A stretch of DNA of 64,000 nt, from contig CM052818.1 in assembly GCA_028534125.1 (NCBI GenBank), positions 19,594,001 through 19,658,000 of the forward strand. The letters are read 5' to 3'. The position numbers and the translations under genes were made by a program. Origin of the DNA: Lama glama. Taxonomy: Eukaryota. Each line of letters opens with the position of its first letter. Position 1 is the stretch's first letter. The notes under the pieces were generated by a model. The model was not told the origin of the DNA, did no database searches, and was given only the letters and a program-made list of their open reading frames with translations. Shown here piece after piece: positions 39,352-51,415 of the stretch.

Positions 39352-40984
39352 AAGAACATATGGGACCTTGGGAATTAGAATGGTGGAATCTAGGTGGATT
39401 TCAGTCCGAGTACCTGGAATTCCTCACTGACTCTCCCTTCCCATAAAGGCAGTTTCTTCATTCCTTCCATCCTCTGATCCCTTGCTGTTACTCTCTGTTA
39501 TCTGAGGTAGCAAGAAGCCCGTTGGCAGGGGAGGCTAAGAAATGCAATGCACTACAGGGGAAGAGTGAGGAAGGGCTCTGAAAGCAAATACACCCAGGAC
39601 GGGATGGCCCCCGGGCTTCCTGCATGTGCTGCTAAAGTCCGAAGTTCTGCCATGGCCTCTCATTGTCAGGTGGATCTACTTTGTATTCTCCTCATCACAA
39701 CCAATCACCAGCTCTTATCTGGTCGTTCTCACACCCGGCCCCATTAGAGGGCTTTGGAATTCTTGCTTTCTTTGGCTGAACCATGCTGCAGCTCGAGGGA
39801 TTGAGGGCTTGAGGATGCTCTCAGGCCCATCTTCCTAGACATCACCCTCAGTATTACTTCTCCAATGTCCAGGTCCCATACTGGACCTCATGGAGCTTGC
39901 TATCTCCTGGAAAACACCCATCATGAGCCCTTGGGCAGAATCTTAAAGAGATTCTGCCCCAAAGAATGTCTGTTGGACGGCTCAGGGCACCCAAATATTG
40001 AGAGAGGACCAGGAGCCTTCTGAAAGAGAGGTGCTGCCATGTCAGGGGAACTGCAGGGAGAGCTCCTGAAGGGAATCAGGCAGAAGCACTCGTGAGTGAA
40101 TCAGCATCACGTGTCAGTCGAACAGAGAGGGAGGAAGAGCCAACTTATTGTACCAGTTAAGTGAGAACCTCCTTATCCCCCTTACCACTCTCCACTCCAT
40201 CACCCCCACCCTACTCAACCCTGATGTGGTCATAAGAGTAGCTAGCAAGCAGGAGAAGATTTGGTGATGGAGAGAGAGGAACTTGGTTTTTTATTAGACA
40301 ACTTTCTGTTCTATTTTTTTCTAGCCACATTCAGGTGTAACTTAGATCCAAAAAAAAATTTTAATGAAATTTCAAGAAATGCACATTAATCATTGTAAAC
40401 CAGCAAATAATTATGCAGATTGTACCATTCTCCATGAACAAGCTCCAATTTCATCTGAGCCTTCAACTCAGGCCAGAAAGTCTTCTATCTCCCCTAGGCA
40501 GCTTGCTTTCCCAATTATGCAATGATGATTCCAAACTCTGACCCATTCCATCTACCTGCCCTTCCCCCAATCACAGCATTCTCAGAAAATAGCCATGCCG
40601 CCCAAATTTCAGGCTAACACCCCTCTGGGCTTTGTATCCATTCTTTCCTGCCTCCTCAATAACCTGCTTCTTTCCATTTTGTCCACTCTGCTCTTTTCCA
40701 TCTCATCTTTGCTGGCTCCTTCCCAAAAGGATTTAAACATGCACAAAGCCCTCCAACTTAAAGACAACCTTCTGGATCCTGTGTCCCCCTCTAGCTACTT
40801 TCCTTTCCCTCGTAGCCAATGCTCGAAAGGCTTGCCCAAGCTTGCTGTACCCAGTCTTACTACCAGCCACTCACCACCCACTGTACTTTGGGTACCACCA
40901 AGAACTCCACAAAAACTGCTGAGTCCCTAGTGACCTCCCACTGATAAATCCAGTTCACATTTGAGTGCACACCTTGCTTGACCT

Positions 40985-42395
40985 CTGTATCACTTAGGAA
41001 TGCTTTGGACTGCAAGTTAACTCTCTTAGCGTGGCTGAAACAAATAGAAGTTCTCTGCACATAGCAGGGTACCTGGAAGTAAGCAGCTGCTGGTGCTAGT
41101 TCAGTGGCCCCACAGCACTGGAGCAACCTTTCTGAAATACTCCCCCACTCCCCTTCATGGCTGAGGATGACAGCTGAGGGGCTATGTCCCCATTCGGGGA
41201 TGGAGGAAGGGGAAAGGTCTGCACCCACCCCTTGTCTCTTTTATCAGAGAATCAAAAGATTTCCCAAGTTCCCCTTATGTCTCATTGCCAAGAACTGTGT
41301 CACCTGGCCATCTAGCTGAAAAAAAAATGGGGAAGTGAGTGTTTAAAATTTTTCAGTCTTTATTGTGGAGACAGACAGGAGAGAAGGGTGTTGAAAATGG
41401 AAACTGAGCTATTATTCACTTTCACTCACCAGCGTTGGCCTGGTGTAGCTCCTTGGTTACCTAAAACCCATCCACACCCCTCTTTCCCATAGACACATAT
41501 GACACGGTGGGGCACTCACTCAACCAGCTCCTACATACAACTTGGAGTCCAGGAACTCTGTGTACTGGGCAGGCCCCTCTTTCTGGTCCAGATGTAGCTT
41601 CTCATGGTCTGGTGATTTAAACTACAGGACAGGTTCATTTTCTGGTGAAATGAGAAAGATAGAAGTGTTGGAGAGAATGGGGAACAATAAAACAACCATA
41701 AGCTCTTGCTGGAGTAAACTGACACAGTGGAGGCAATTCAAAACAAAGCAGGTGGATAGAGATGCCACCTGTAGTCCATCTTTGCTACCTGGGGCCTCCA
41801 CCTTATCTGCTGATAAAGCTGCCTCTTCACTGTCTCCATTTTTGCTGGGTTTAGCTTGGATAATCAAAGAAAATTGTTTATTTCAACCCGGCAAGGCTCT
41901 AAATTGTAGGACTCTGGCCACTTAGGTTGTAAGCTGCAGGTAAGATGTTCTTCTCTTACCAAGGCCTTATTTTCTTTAATCTCAGCTTTCAGATCAGTTA
42001 TCTGTAATCTGGACTTGCCACTCTCTTGAAGGACTTGGCTGAAAGCTACTTTAAAAAAAAAACACAGAACAAAACCCCAACATTCACAAATGGTCTATAT
42101 TGTTCCTGAGAGTTCTCCTGCAATACAACTTTGGTTGGCATGTAGGTTTTTTCCAAGGTCCAGCAAGTGACAGCAGTTGGACAGTGTCACTACTGCTTAA
42201 CAAGTTGGTCACCAACTTCTCAATTTGGAACAGTCTTCACCACTGGCTATCTTAACCTTCAGTTAGCCAATTCCACATTTTAGTGTCTGTTCGTGTCCTA
42301 AATCTGGCACCAAATTATTTGCCTATTACAAATGCATTCAGCTACAAGTTATAAAACACCTTTAAGTGGCTTGAACAAGTTTATCTCTCAGAAAC
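40985..42395 (-). mobile_element. Old MLT1 (J/K-like) LTR pieces with a probable MaLR internal remnant
   Basis: ttaggaatgctttggactgcaagt...ccttatgtctcattgccaagaactgtgtcac, a second LTR end at about 42320-42390, and PBS-like atttggtgccaga on the minus strand at about 42303-42315. Confidence 0.5.
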
Positions 42396-42409
42396 TAGAA
42401 TGGGGCAAG

Positions 42410-43265
42410 GATGGAGGCAGGGAGGTCAATTAGGAAGTTCTCACAGTAGTCTAGGTAGCAGCCAATGGTTTCTTGGATGTCAATTATACCTTAATAAAGT
42501 TGCAGAGGGGAAGAATAGCTCCTAGAACTTGGCTTGAACAACTAAATGGATGGCGGTGTCATTCACTAAAATGGACAGAACAAAGAGGTATATGTTTGGG
42601 GTTGAAAATTAATTGGGGGGGGGCAAGTTAAGTTTGAGATGCCAGTAGACATTCATGTGGAGATGTCAAGTTGTTTAGAGGAGTTAGAACTTATAGGCAG
42701 AGGTCATTGTTAGAGATATAACTTTTGGAGTCAACTGCTTGTAAATGGTACCTAAAACCATAAGTCTAGGTTGACTAGAAGATGAGAAGTCAGTGAAAGA
42801 ACCCAAGAAAGAATAGCCAATAAGGTGGGGAAAGGACCAAGAGGCAGCAGAAAACAAGAGAAGAAAACATTTCAAAGTAGTAATGGTCAACTGTGATAAA
42901 CAGTACTGAGAAGGCAAGCAACAGAGAAGAAGAAGGTACAACGGAAATTGCATGGAGATTACAGTTTTAGTAGCATTGTGGGGAAGAAACCAGAAAGCAA
43001 GATTATACAAATGAATGGGAATAGTCTATTAGAGAAGTAGCAATTGGTGATTCAAGACAGAAATGACACAGGGTAAGAGCCACAGAAAAAGTGGGAGCAT
43101 TGGTTAAACAGAATGAGAACGCGTTATCCGTCTATCAGACACTGAGCTTGTTAAAGGAAGAAACCATGTCTTATTTGTATTTATGTCTCTGGTAACTCCC
43201 AGCACAGTGCCTAGTACATAGTAGGTATTCAAGAAATGTTACTGAATTAATGAATAAATGAGCAA
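42410..43265 (+). mobile_element. L2 LINE fragments
   Basis: gttaagtttgagatgccagtagacattcatgtggagatgtcaag...cagcacagtgcctagtacatagtaggtattcaagaaatgttactgaattaatgaat. Confidence 0.75.
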
Positions 43266-44029
43266 ATGGAAGTATGGATGGATGGCATATGCAGGGCTTG
43301 AAAATGAACTAACTCAAACTTCGGAGTAAGGAAAGGAGGAGTCTTGAATTAATAGGCTTTCTTCAGGAACTTTGGGGTCCTGGGATTTCTCTCTGGGATA
43401 GGGTTGACAGATTTCAAACTCAGATGAAGGTGGGAGGAGGAATGTGTACTGTCAATGGCAGTGGCCTTGGTCAACTTGTGAAGCCCTGATCTACTAAAGC
43501 AGACTGCAGGGAGGGTTCTGGGATCATCTACTAACTTAACCACTTCCTTTCTTTCCCTGTCTCTCCCTTTCTGAGTTCAGGCTCATATGAAAAATAATTA
43601 TGTATCTTTATGGACACAGATGGGAGAACGGATTTTGCAAATGACAGTCCCAAATTCATTTACTCATATGGTCAATAGACATTCACTGAATGACAGTCTT
43701 GTATAGGAGGAAAAGTATAAGGGCAGAGTTATGCAGGGCTTATCAATTTGTTTCTTTCATTAATGGGTCTTTTTTTTTTTTTTGGAAGAGATTTGTCCTC
43801 TCTTGAATGATAGCTGATTTCACAAACTGCATAAGTAAGATGGTGTTTGAACTGGGCTGCCCATAAAGTCTTGGTGGGACTCAGATACGAGTAAATGTGT
43901 ATGCAGATGATGCAGCTTGTTGCATAGAGCAAGCAGAAGCTGCACAAAGGCCAACCTTGGAAATGTGGGATCCAAGGCCAGCTCCAGCATTTCTGACCTT
44001 TTCATTAGGAGAGGAATTAAGATTCCTAT

Positions 44030-44471
44030 TGCTGACTGAAAGAAAAAAGCACAACATAAAAGTTGTGAGTTAAGCTTTATTTAGGGGACTTACTGAGAAC
44101 TACAGCTAAGGAGACAGCTTCTCAGATAGCTTTAAGGAATTGCTCTAAAGAGGTAACGGAGGAGCCAGATATATATGAACTCTTGAGGGTAAAAACATGT
44201 AGTCAAGCATCAAAAGATTACTGCTAGTCACAAAGAATACATACCTCAAGTTAATGATTTTAGCGCTCTTCTATGTATAAGGAGGTGCAAGAACCTGGGG
44301 TTATTTGAAATTTTCCATTAGATATGCCTCTTAACTGTCTAAGGGCCAATATATCCAAAGCATAGAGTATTTCCTGTTTTTCTCCACCCTGAATTCGCCT
44401 CAGGGTGGACAACTGCAGTGGCTATAGATCCTTATAGAACCGGAATGGCAAGCAACATTTTTTTCTTTGCA
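44030..44471 (-). mobile_element. ERV1-type solo LTR directly upstream of the MCFD2 promoter
   Basis: TG...CA termini with a perfect 4-bp TSD CTAT and AATAAA on the minus strand. Same family as 38397-38943. Confidence 0.85.
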
Positions 44472-44559
44472 CTATTATCTTCCCACTTTGCAGTCAGTCA
44501 GAAGAACCCAGGAACCTGTAAATGTGGAGGCAGAGGTGGAGCTGTAAGCCAGCTTTGGC

Positions 44560-45320
44560 GCCCGCCCCAACCACATTCGGCATCCTACCTCCTCGCCCTT
44601 CCTGGGGGCTTCTGGGGTTGCCTAGCAACCTGCCGAGACTCTGGGGGTTCAGGTAGCCGAATTCAGGCTCCAGCCCACTGTCGCCCTCCGGAAGGTAGGC
44701 AGAAAAAAAGCCTCCAACCGGCCCCTCCTGGGCCTGAGCCCGTTACACTTGGAATCACCCCAGCTGCCCACACTGCCAGGCGCCGAGCAGGGGCGGGGCT
44801 CCGCGGCGCCAATGGGCGGGCAGAAGGGAGCGCGCGTGCGCATAGCGGGTGGGGGGGGGCGGGGCCGAGAAAAGGCCTTCTGAGGACGGGTGCTGGCGAG
44901 GCTCACGCCGGAGGGCTTTGCCTCTGGAGAAAGCTGTTTAGCGTCCCGTGGCAGCGAGGGTGAGTGAACCAGGGAGCAGCCGCGGTGGGCCTGCGGCCTG
45001 TGAGGTCTGTGACCCAACGTTGGAGGAGGGGGTCTGCGGGGTGGCATTCAGCGGGGTGGGATCCCGGAGTGCCTTCGTGGAGTTCGGGGCTTCGGGCTCA
45101 GGTTGGAGGCAGGAGCGGCCGGGGGAGGGGGGGGGAGGCAGCAGCAGCCTTGGGAAGCTAGCCGACTAGCAGCCGAGCCTCTCTCCCTGGGCAAAAGCCG
45201 CAGGGATTTTAAAATGCGTGGTGGCCCCGGCCGGGACCGACCTCTGCCCTCTCGGAGGACCTGCGGCGGACCTGCTCACGGCCCTGAGCCCTTACTCTCC
45301 GTCTGCCGCTAGTACCCCGT
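44560..45320 (+). promoter_or_regulatory. MCFD2: MCFD2 CpG-island promoter
   Basis: CpG-rich and TATA-less. GC boxes at about 44790-44799, 44814-44820 and 44856-44865, CCAAT at 44809-44813, NRF1-like GCGCGTGCGCA at 44832-44842, X-box GTTGCCTAGCAAC at 44617-44629. Confidence 0.85.
44870..44959 (+). other. MCFD2: MCFD2 non-coding exon 1 (start approximate)
   Basis: Consensus donor GAGG|GTGAGT after 44959, directly downstream of the GC/CCAAT boxes. MCFD2 is known to have a non-coding first exon. Confidence 0.7.
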
Positions 45321-45399
45321 CTTCCCCTGGGGAGACAACAAACTCGTCCTGTCTGCCTGTGAGCCTGGCCAGGCTGTGCGGGGGCGGAGGCAGCTTGCA

Positions 45400-45950
45400 T
45401 TGCCCTCTTGTATTCCCTGTCTGGGCATCCACCATCTACCCAGTTGCCCAAGCCAGAAACCTGGGCGTCGTTCTCACCCTCTGCACTCTTTACCCACTCA
45501 CATCGAATCCATGACAAATCTCTCTTGGGTACACCCACTTCTCCACGCCCGGTCCCTCTGCTCTCGCTAGTTCAGGCCATCGTCATCTCTCTCCTGGACT
45601 ATGTCAGTAGCCTCCGGACTGGTCACCTGTATCCCTTCCCCATCCTTTATAGTTTATGTATGGAAAGCCAGAGCGGTGATCTTGAAACACAAATCCGAAC
45701 AGATCACCAGACCCCTCTCCCCATTGCCTTACTGCCCTTCCGTGGATTCCCATTGCTCATCCAAGTTCTTGAACAGGGCTTTACAAGGCCCTTCACGACC
45801 TGTCCTCTTTTTCCTTTACTCTAACTTGTCCATCACTATACTGTCTTCAATTATATTGAACCCTTTTTAGTTCCTGAATTCTACCAAGTTACTTCTAGGC
45901 TTAGGTGTTTGTTACATTATGTTTCCTCTGCCTGAGGTGCTATCCTTTAA
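45400..45950 (-). mobile_element. L2 LINE fragment
   Basis: ccaccatctacccagttgcccaagccagaaacctgggcgtc...catcgtcatctctctcctggacta. Confidence 0.75.
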
Positions 45951-48644
45951 TTGCAAGAATAATCCTTCATGTGTTAAGACAGGGATGGGTTGGGGCTTTG
46001 TGATACCCGATAGTTGTCTTATTTACTCATCTCTCTTTTCCATGACGTGGTAATATGTGTGATAGCAGCCTCTCTGTCACAGTCCTAATCTCAGTACCAA
46101 GCTGTTCACGAAGAATTAGTTAAATGTATAAATGAAGTATGGCAGCTCCTTGGGCTCTCCAAATGAACAAATAGATGAAGTTATTAAATGCTCGTTTTTT
46201 GAGAACCAGTTCTCAATCCCCAACCTGTGTAGAGGTTTCTTTGGGCTAGGAACTTGGTTCTTTTCTTGCCTTCAGTCCAGGACTACAGCTGTTTTAATTG
46301 GGGAAGTACCAGTCAGAGTTTTTCTTTGGCCTTGACTCCGAGTACAGGATGTCTGGATGTTGGTGAGCATGGCTACCTTGAGTTTGAATTCTTAACTGAG
46401 GGCCCCAGCATGAGAGAGAAGTTGCGAACAGCAGCTGTGATTTCTTTGGGAGGAAGGCTGGTTCCAAACTCTTGCATGATAGTAAGACTAAGGACACAAT
46501 GAGAGGGAGGGTGGGCCAGGCCAAACCACTGGTGGGAGGGCTCCGAAGGGAAGTTATTTTTCTAGCTTAGGTCAGATCCTCTATGATAGGGAACAACATA
46601 CCAAGGTGCCAGGACCCACCACCCTAATTCAGACATGAACGTGTGCTATGCCCAGGTCAGCTCAGTACTTGCCGACAAATTCAGTAGGCTAAAGGAGAGA
46701 TGGAAAATGGGTTCCTGGCTCTCACAGGAGGAGGAAATGAGAAAAACAAAAGGAGAACAATATATGAGCATATGCTAAGGCCAAGTGAGTGTGAGAGACT
46801 GCAGACTGAGGTCAGAGGAGGAAACAGTTGGTCTTGGCAGGAAGAACCCCGAGATGACATTTGAATTGGGCCTGGGAGGAAGAGGGAGGACTGAGAGATG
46901 GAACCAGTGGGAGCAAATGCTCTGGGCCTGGAAGAGGCTGCTGGAGTGGTGAGGGAAGCCCTGCTAAGTCAGGGCACTGAGGGAGCCCACTGCTGACCCT
47001 GTTCTGTGCTTCCCTCCCAGGACGGACCGACGCTTCTCCTTGTGAAGGATCTCAAAGTGTGGGTTGTGTTCAGAAGTCTTTTTCAGAAATCTCTCTTCCT
47101 TTGGATTTTCTTCCAGCCTGGCCTTTATAATTTCTCAAAGGCCTGTGAGCCCAGAACTCCTGGGGCTTATCTGCCAAACTCTGTTGTGGCCTTGAGCTAA
47201 ATAGTTGGAGTGCAGATGATGCAACTTGTGTTTTTGGCGGAAGGGAGTTGCTTATATTTCCTTTTCAATGTGAGCAGTTTAATTTGTTAGGTGGCAGTCA
47301 GATTCCCCATTCTCATTGTAGCACTCGTAGGGGGAAGTTTCTTTTCTGTGTTTGTAGATTTAGCTTTTGTTGTCTTCTGATGGTTAGAAAACTGTGACAG
47401 CAAACAAAAATGGGGTAAGTCCAAAAAGGATGATCCTTGGCCTTTATCCTGCCTCTCTTGAAGAGGGGATAATTTGGAGCCAAAGTTACTGTATTGCCAG
47501 TCACTTGGTTGCTTTTTGATGTTATTTGAATAGAACCTCTTTCCTCTCCCTGCCCCTCTCCCCATCTGATATTCTAAGCATCCAACCACATAGTTACAGG
47601 AAATGGTGCCATGAGTCCAGTGACCACCTACCTCTACTATCTGATAAATATCTCCAAAAAATGTTTTATCCTCAATTACAATGACATCAAAACTTGGCAA
47701 CATATCTGTGAAGGTGGTAATCCCCCTAGCCCCCAAGGACCATGGCACACAGGCTGAGAACCACCAGCCTCTGTGCCAGGCACTGTGCCCCATGCTGGGA
47801 ATGTGGATCTGGTCCCCATGCCACAGAGCCCCGTCCAGCTGGGGGCACTAACAGGTAATCAGCAAGGTCAAGGATGCATGCAGAGCTGTTGTAAGTGATG
47901 GACAGGACCCTTCTGAGGGAAACACTTAGGAGCATATGGGAAGAATGCCTGAGCCAGACTGGGAACTGAAGAAGCCTTGCTGGGGAAGGAGACATTAACA
48001 CATATGAATCTGAAAGGCTTGGTTGGAACTGGCTTCCCCTTCTGGTGCCTCCTGACCCAGAACTCTATGGAATGTGCTCAGAACAAGTCATTCTGCTCTA
48101 ATCAGGGCAGTCTCTGCTGAGGGTAACTTGAGACCTTGTTTTCTGGTACCAGGTAGAGTGGCAGTGGCCTCATCAGAGTCTGGACACTTTTATTTAGTAA
48201 AATTGGAGTATAGTTTCTGGCTGTTCCTTAATTATTTTCTAGAGATGAGAGTTAATTGGAATGGCCTTTTTTATTCCATCCATATAGTACTGGAACAAAA
48301 TTATGGCATGAATTGAAAATTAAGTAAATATTTGTAAAGAAAAAACATGTTTATAGTAGAAATTTTAGAAGTAATAGAGAAGTAAAGAGAAGAAAAATCA
48401 AAATCTCTCCTAATCTCATAATTCAGAAAATAATCTTTGTTAATAGCTTTTAATCATTGTTTTGTGTATGAGGAAGATACATACATTGTTTTGTTTACTA
48501 TTGCAATGAATTATTCTTTACAGAATTTTGTAGCCTACTCTTTCTCTTGATATATACTGAAAATCTTTTTCTATTATTAACTATGATAGATTGCATTATG
48601 ATGTCCCTATTCATTAGTAAGATTACTCATTTTTGAAAAAAAAT

Positions 48645-49198
48645 TGATTAATTTTTATTGATGTATAGTCAGTTTACAATGTTGTGTCAATTTCTGATGT
48701 ACAGCACAATGTTTCAGTCGTACATGTACATATATTCCTTTTCATATTCTTTTTCATTATACATTACTATAAGATATTGAATATAGTTCCCTGTAGTATA
48801 CAATATAAACTTGTTGTTTATCTATTTTATATGTAGTAGTTAGTACCTGCAAATCTCAAACTCCCAATTTATTCCTTCCCACCCTCTTTCCCTCCTGGTA
48901 ACCATGTTTGTTCTCTGTGAGTCTGTTTCTGTTTTGTAAATAAGTTCATTTGTGTCTTTATTTTTTAGATTCCACATATAAGTGATATCATATGGTATTT
49001 TCCTTTCTCTTTCTGGCTTACTGCACTTAGAATTGTGATCTCCATGGCCATCCATGTTGCTGCAAATGGCATTATCTTGTTATTTTTCGTGGCTGAGTAG
49101 TATTCCAGTGTATGTATACACCACATCTTCTTTATCTAGTCATCTGTCGATGGACATTTAGGTTATTTCCATGTGTTGGCTGTTGTAACAGTGCTGCT
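48645..49198 (-). mobile_element. Younger L1 3' end
   Basis: tttttattgatgtatagtcagtttacaatgttgtgtc...agattccacatataagtgatatcatatggtattt...gatggacatttagg. Confidence 0.9.
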
Positions 49199-50744
49199 TA
49201 GGTGCTCCTTTTTGCACCCTAGAAGTGACTGTTGTCTCCTTAGGGATGATACTGCTGACAGGTCAAGTGGGTTTGAGAAATTTTCTTAAACATTGTGGGG
49301 ATGGCATTCTTCTGGGGTCCTACCCCGCAGAGCCTTTTGGGGTGGTGAGAGGGCCTGCAGCACCCATCCTCCTCAGCCCCAGAAACAGAGCCGAGATGGC
49401 GGCAGCTTCAGAACAGAGCACTACGAGGCGTATGCAAGGGTGTGACCAGTACCTCATGCTTTCTCACTGCTGTGGGTTTTGTGGCTGCCGTTGGCCCATT
49501 AGAAATGACTGGTCCTTGTTATCCAGGGAAGTGAATGTGTCAGTGAGGTCTTTTCTTTGTGTTGTGTGGAGGTCTCCTGGCTGTCTTCACCTTCCTTTTT
49601 GAGGTCAGTCTGTAAGCCCCTGGAAGGACCAGGACTTTCAGTTGAACAGGAGTTAATAAAGGCCTGCCTGCGCCCTGGTGGGGTATGGATGGGGACCAAG
49701 CACTCCTGCCTCGGGGAGCTTGCAGTGTAGCTGACCATGTCTTCTTGTTGACCACAATTCCAAGTCTGGCCAAACCCCGTGAGTACTTGATGGAACCTAA
49801 TTTCTATGGAACTCTCCTCTCCAGGGCTCTTTCACTGCGGTTCAGTCACTTGCCTCTGTCACAGCCCCGGAAGATGGCCAAGGCAGGGATTAATGTCCTC
49901 TATTCCAAGTCCACTGCCGCAGGCCTTGATCTAACCTGCCTCATCTCCTTCCTCAACCCCTGTCTCTGGTCTTGCTCCATGAAATACCTTCCCCGCCACA
50001 CTGCCAGATGAGCCATTCTGAAACCAAGCTCCTGTTCATGCAACCTCAGCAGCTCCCGTTTATCTCGGGAAACGTCAGCCCCCTTGGCCTAGTGTGCAAA
50101 GCCACATCCAGAACAGCCCAGTCAGCCTTTGCAGCCTGCTGCCCACTGTTCCATCTGCTTCAGACCCTCTAGGCTTCTGCCCGACTGGACCACTTGGAGT
50201 TTCTTTGCCACGTGTCTGCATGGACCCCTCTGCTCGCACCTCCCCTTAGTCCTTCAGTCTTGCACGTCCACTGCGCGCTCATCCACCCGGGCCAGCTGAG
50301 GTGTCCCCACCTTCTCTGATTTTCCCTCGCCCAAAGGAAATTTCTTTCTCTGACCCCTTAGAGGATTTTGTCTTTCTTTAGTACACCTCATTTTCCACCT
50401 TTATTAGTGTTCTTGGTAGGAGGTATTTCTCTCACCATACTGCAAGCTACTTGTAGGCAGAAATAATCTTCAAATCCCTGTAAACGCTCAGTGGGTTGCT
50501 TGGCATTCTGAAGGTGCTTCAGGAAATGTCTTGGACCTACTCGTTTGAGTGATGGAGACCTGGAGTGCCCAAGGTCACCCGCAGTCTGGTGGCAGAGCTG
50601 GCCTGGGCCCAGTCCTCCTCTTCTCCAGCCTCGTCCCTTCACCAGGGTCCCCAGGAGCAGACAGTGTCAAGCCTTGAGAGAACCTCAGCTCTGGTGTTCT
50701 CACCTTCACCTTCTGTGTTCCCCACCTCCCAGGTACCAGTGACC

Positions 50745-50893
50745 ATGAGGGCTCTGCGGCTGCTCAGAACCTCCTTCCTGTGCTGCCTGCTCTGGGCCTT
50801 TTGTGCCCCAGGTGCCAGGGCTGAGGAGCCTGGGGCCAGCTTCTCCCACCCCGGCAGCGTGGGCCTGGATAAGAACACAGTGCACGACCAAGA
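50745..50893 (+). CDS. MCFD2: Multiple coagulation factor deficiency 2, first coding exon (signal peptide); exon begins at about 50733
   Basis: Polypyrimidine tract and cag| acceptor, accATG at 50745. Encodes [49 protein letters not shown](E). Donor GA|GTACGT. Confidence 0.96.
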
Positions 50894-51113
50894 GTACGTA
50901 TCAGCCAGGGCTGTGGTCCAGCGGCCTCCCTGTCTGCAGCTTTTTCTTTCTGCTATTTGTATGACCTCTTGATATTTTTCAAGGATGGTATTTATTCCTT
51001 ATCGTCATCTGTAAGTCAAGTATTCTTTTTTCATCATCATATCACAGATGGAGGATCTTGAGGCCCAAAAAGGGTAGGTGACTTGCCTGAATTCATTCTC
51101 TCTCTTTCATTAT

Positions 51114-51134
51114 AGACAGACAGACAGACAGACA

Positions 51135-51165
<31 letters not shown>
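51114..51165 (+). repeat. Compound microsatellite (AGAC)6(AC)14 in MCFD2 intron 2
   Basis: Seen directly in the sequence. Confidence 0.95.
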
Positions 51166-51167
<2 letters not shown>

Positions 51168-51321
51168 CCAGTGGTAGTGGCAGAGTCCAGAACAGAGCTA
51201 AGTTTTCTTGCCTCTGACAAGACCTTTTTGTTCTTTTTATTGGTACATTCAAACATTGAATCATTTGTTGCAACTTTTGCCCTGGGTCAGTTAGCCTCAC
51301 ATATTATACTTTGTTATCCTT

Positions 51322-51415
51322 TCGTTTATTTATTTTTAGAGGAGGTACTGAGGATTGAACCCAGGACCTCATGCATGCTAAGCATGCACTCTACCACTTG
51401 AGCTGTACCCTCCCC
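51322..51415 (-). mobile_element. Vic-1-type SINE
   Basis: Full reverse head with TSD tatactttgttatcctt on both sides. Confidence 0.9.

Noticed and set aside
38397..44471. Two similar LTRs as the ends of one provirus
   Set aside because: The right LTR has its own TSD, and the interval holds older L2/MLT sequence rather than gag/pol/env.
43902..47229. 18/19 match TGCAGATGATGCA(G/A)CTTGT at 43902 and 47211; the first also reads YADD in one frame
   Set aside because: Roughly one such match is expected by chance in 64 kb, and there are no surrounding reverse-transcriptase motifs.
47287..47793. 168-aa minus-strand ORF in MCFD2 intron 1
   Set aside because: Begins in an L2/MIR-like remnant, with no recognisable homology and no retrocopy hallmarks.
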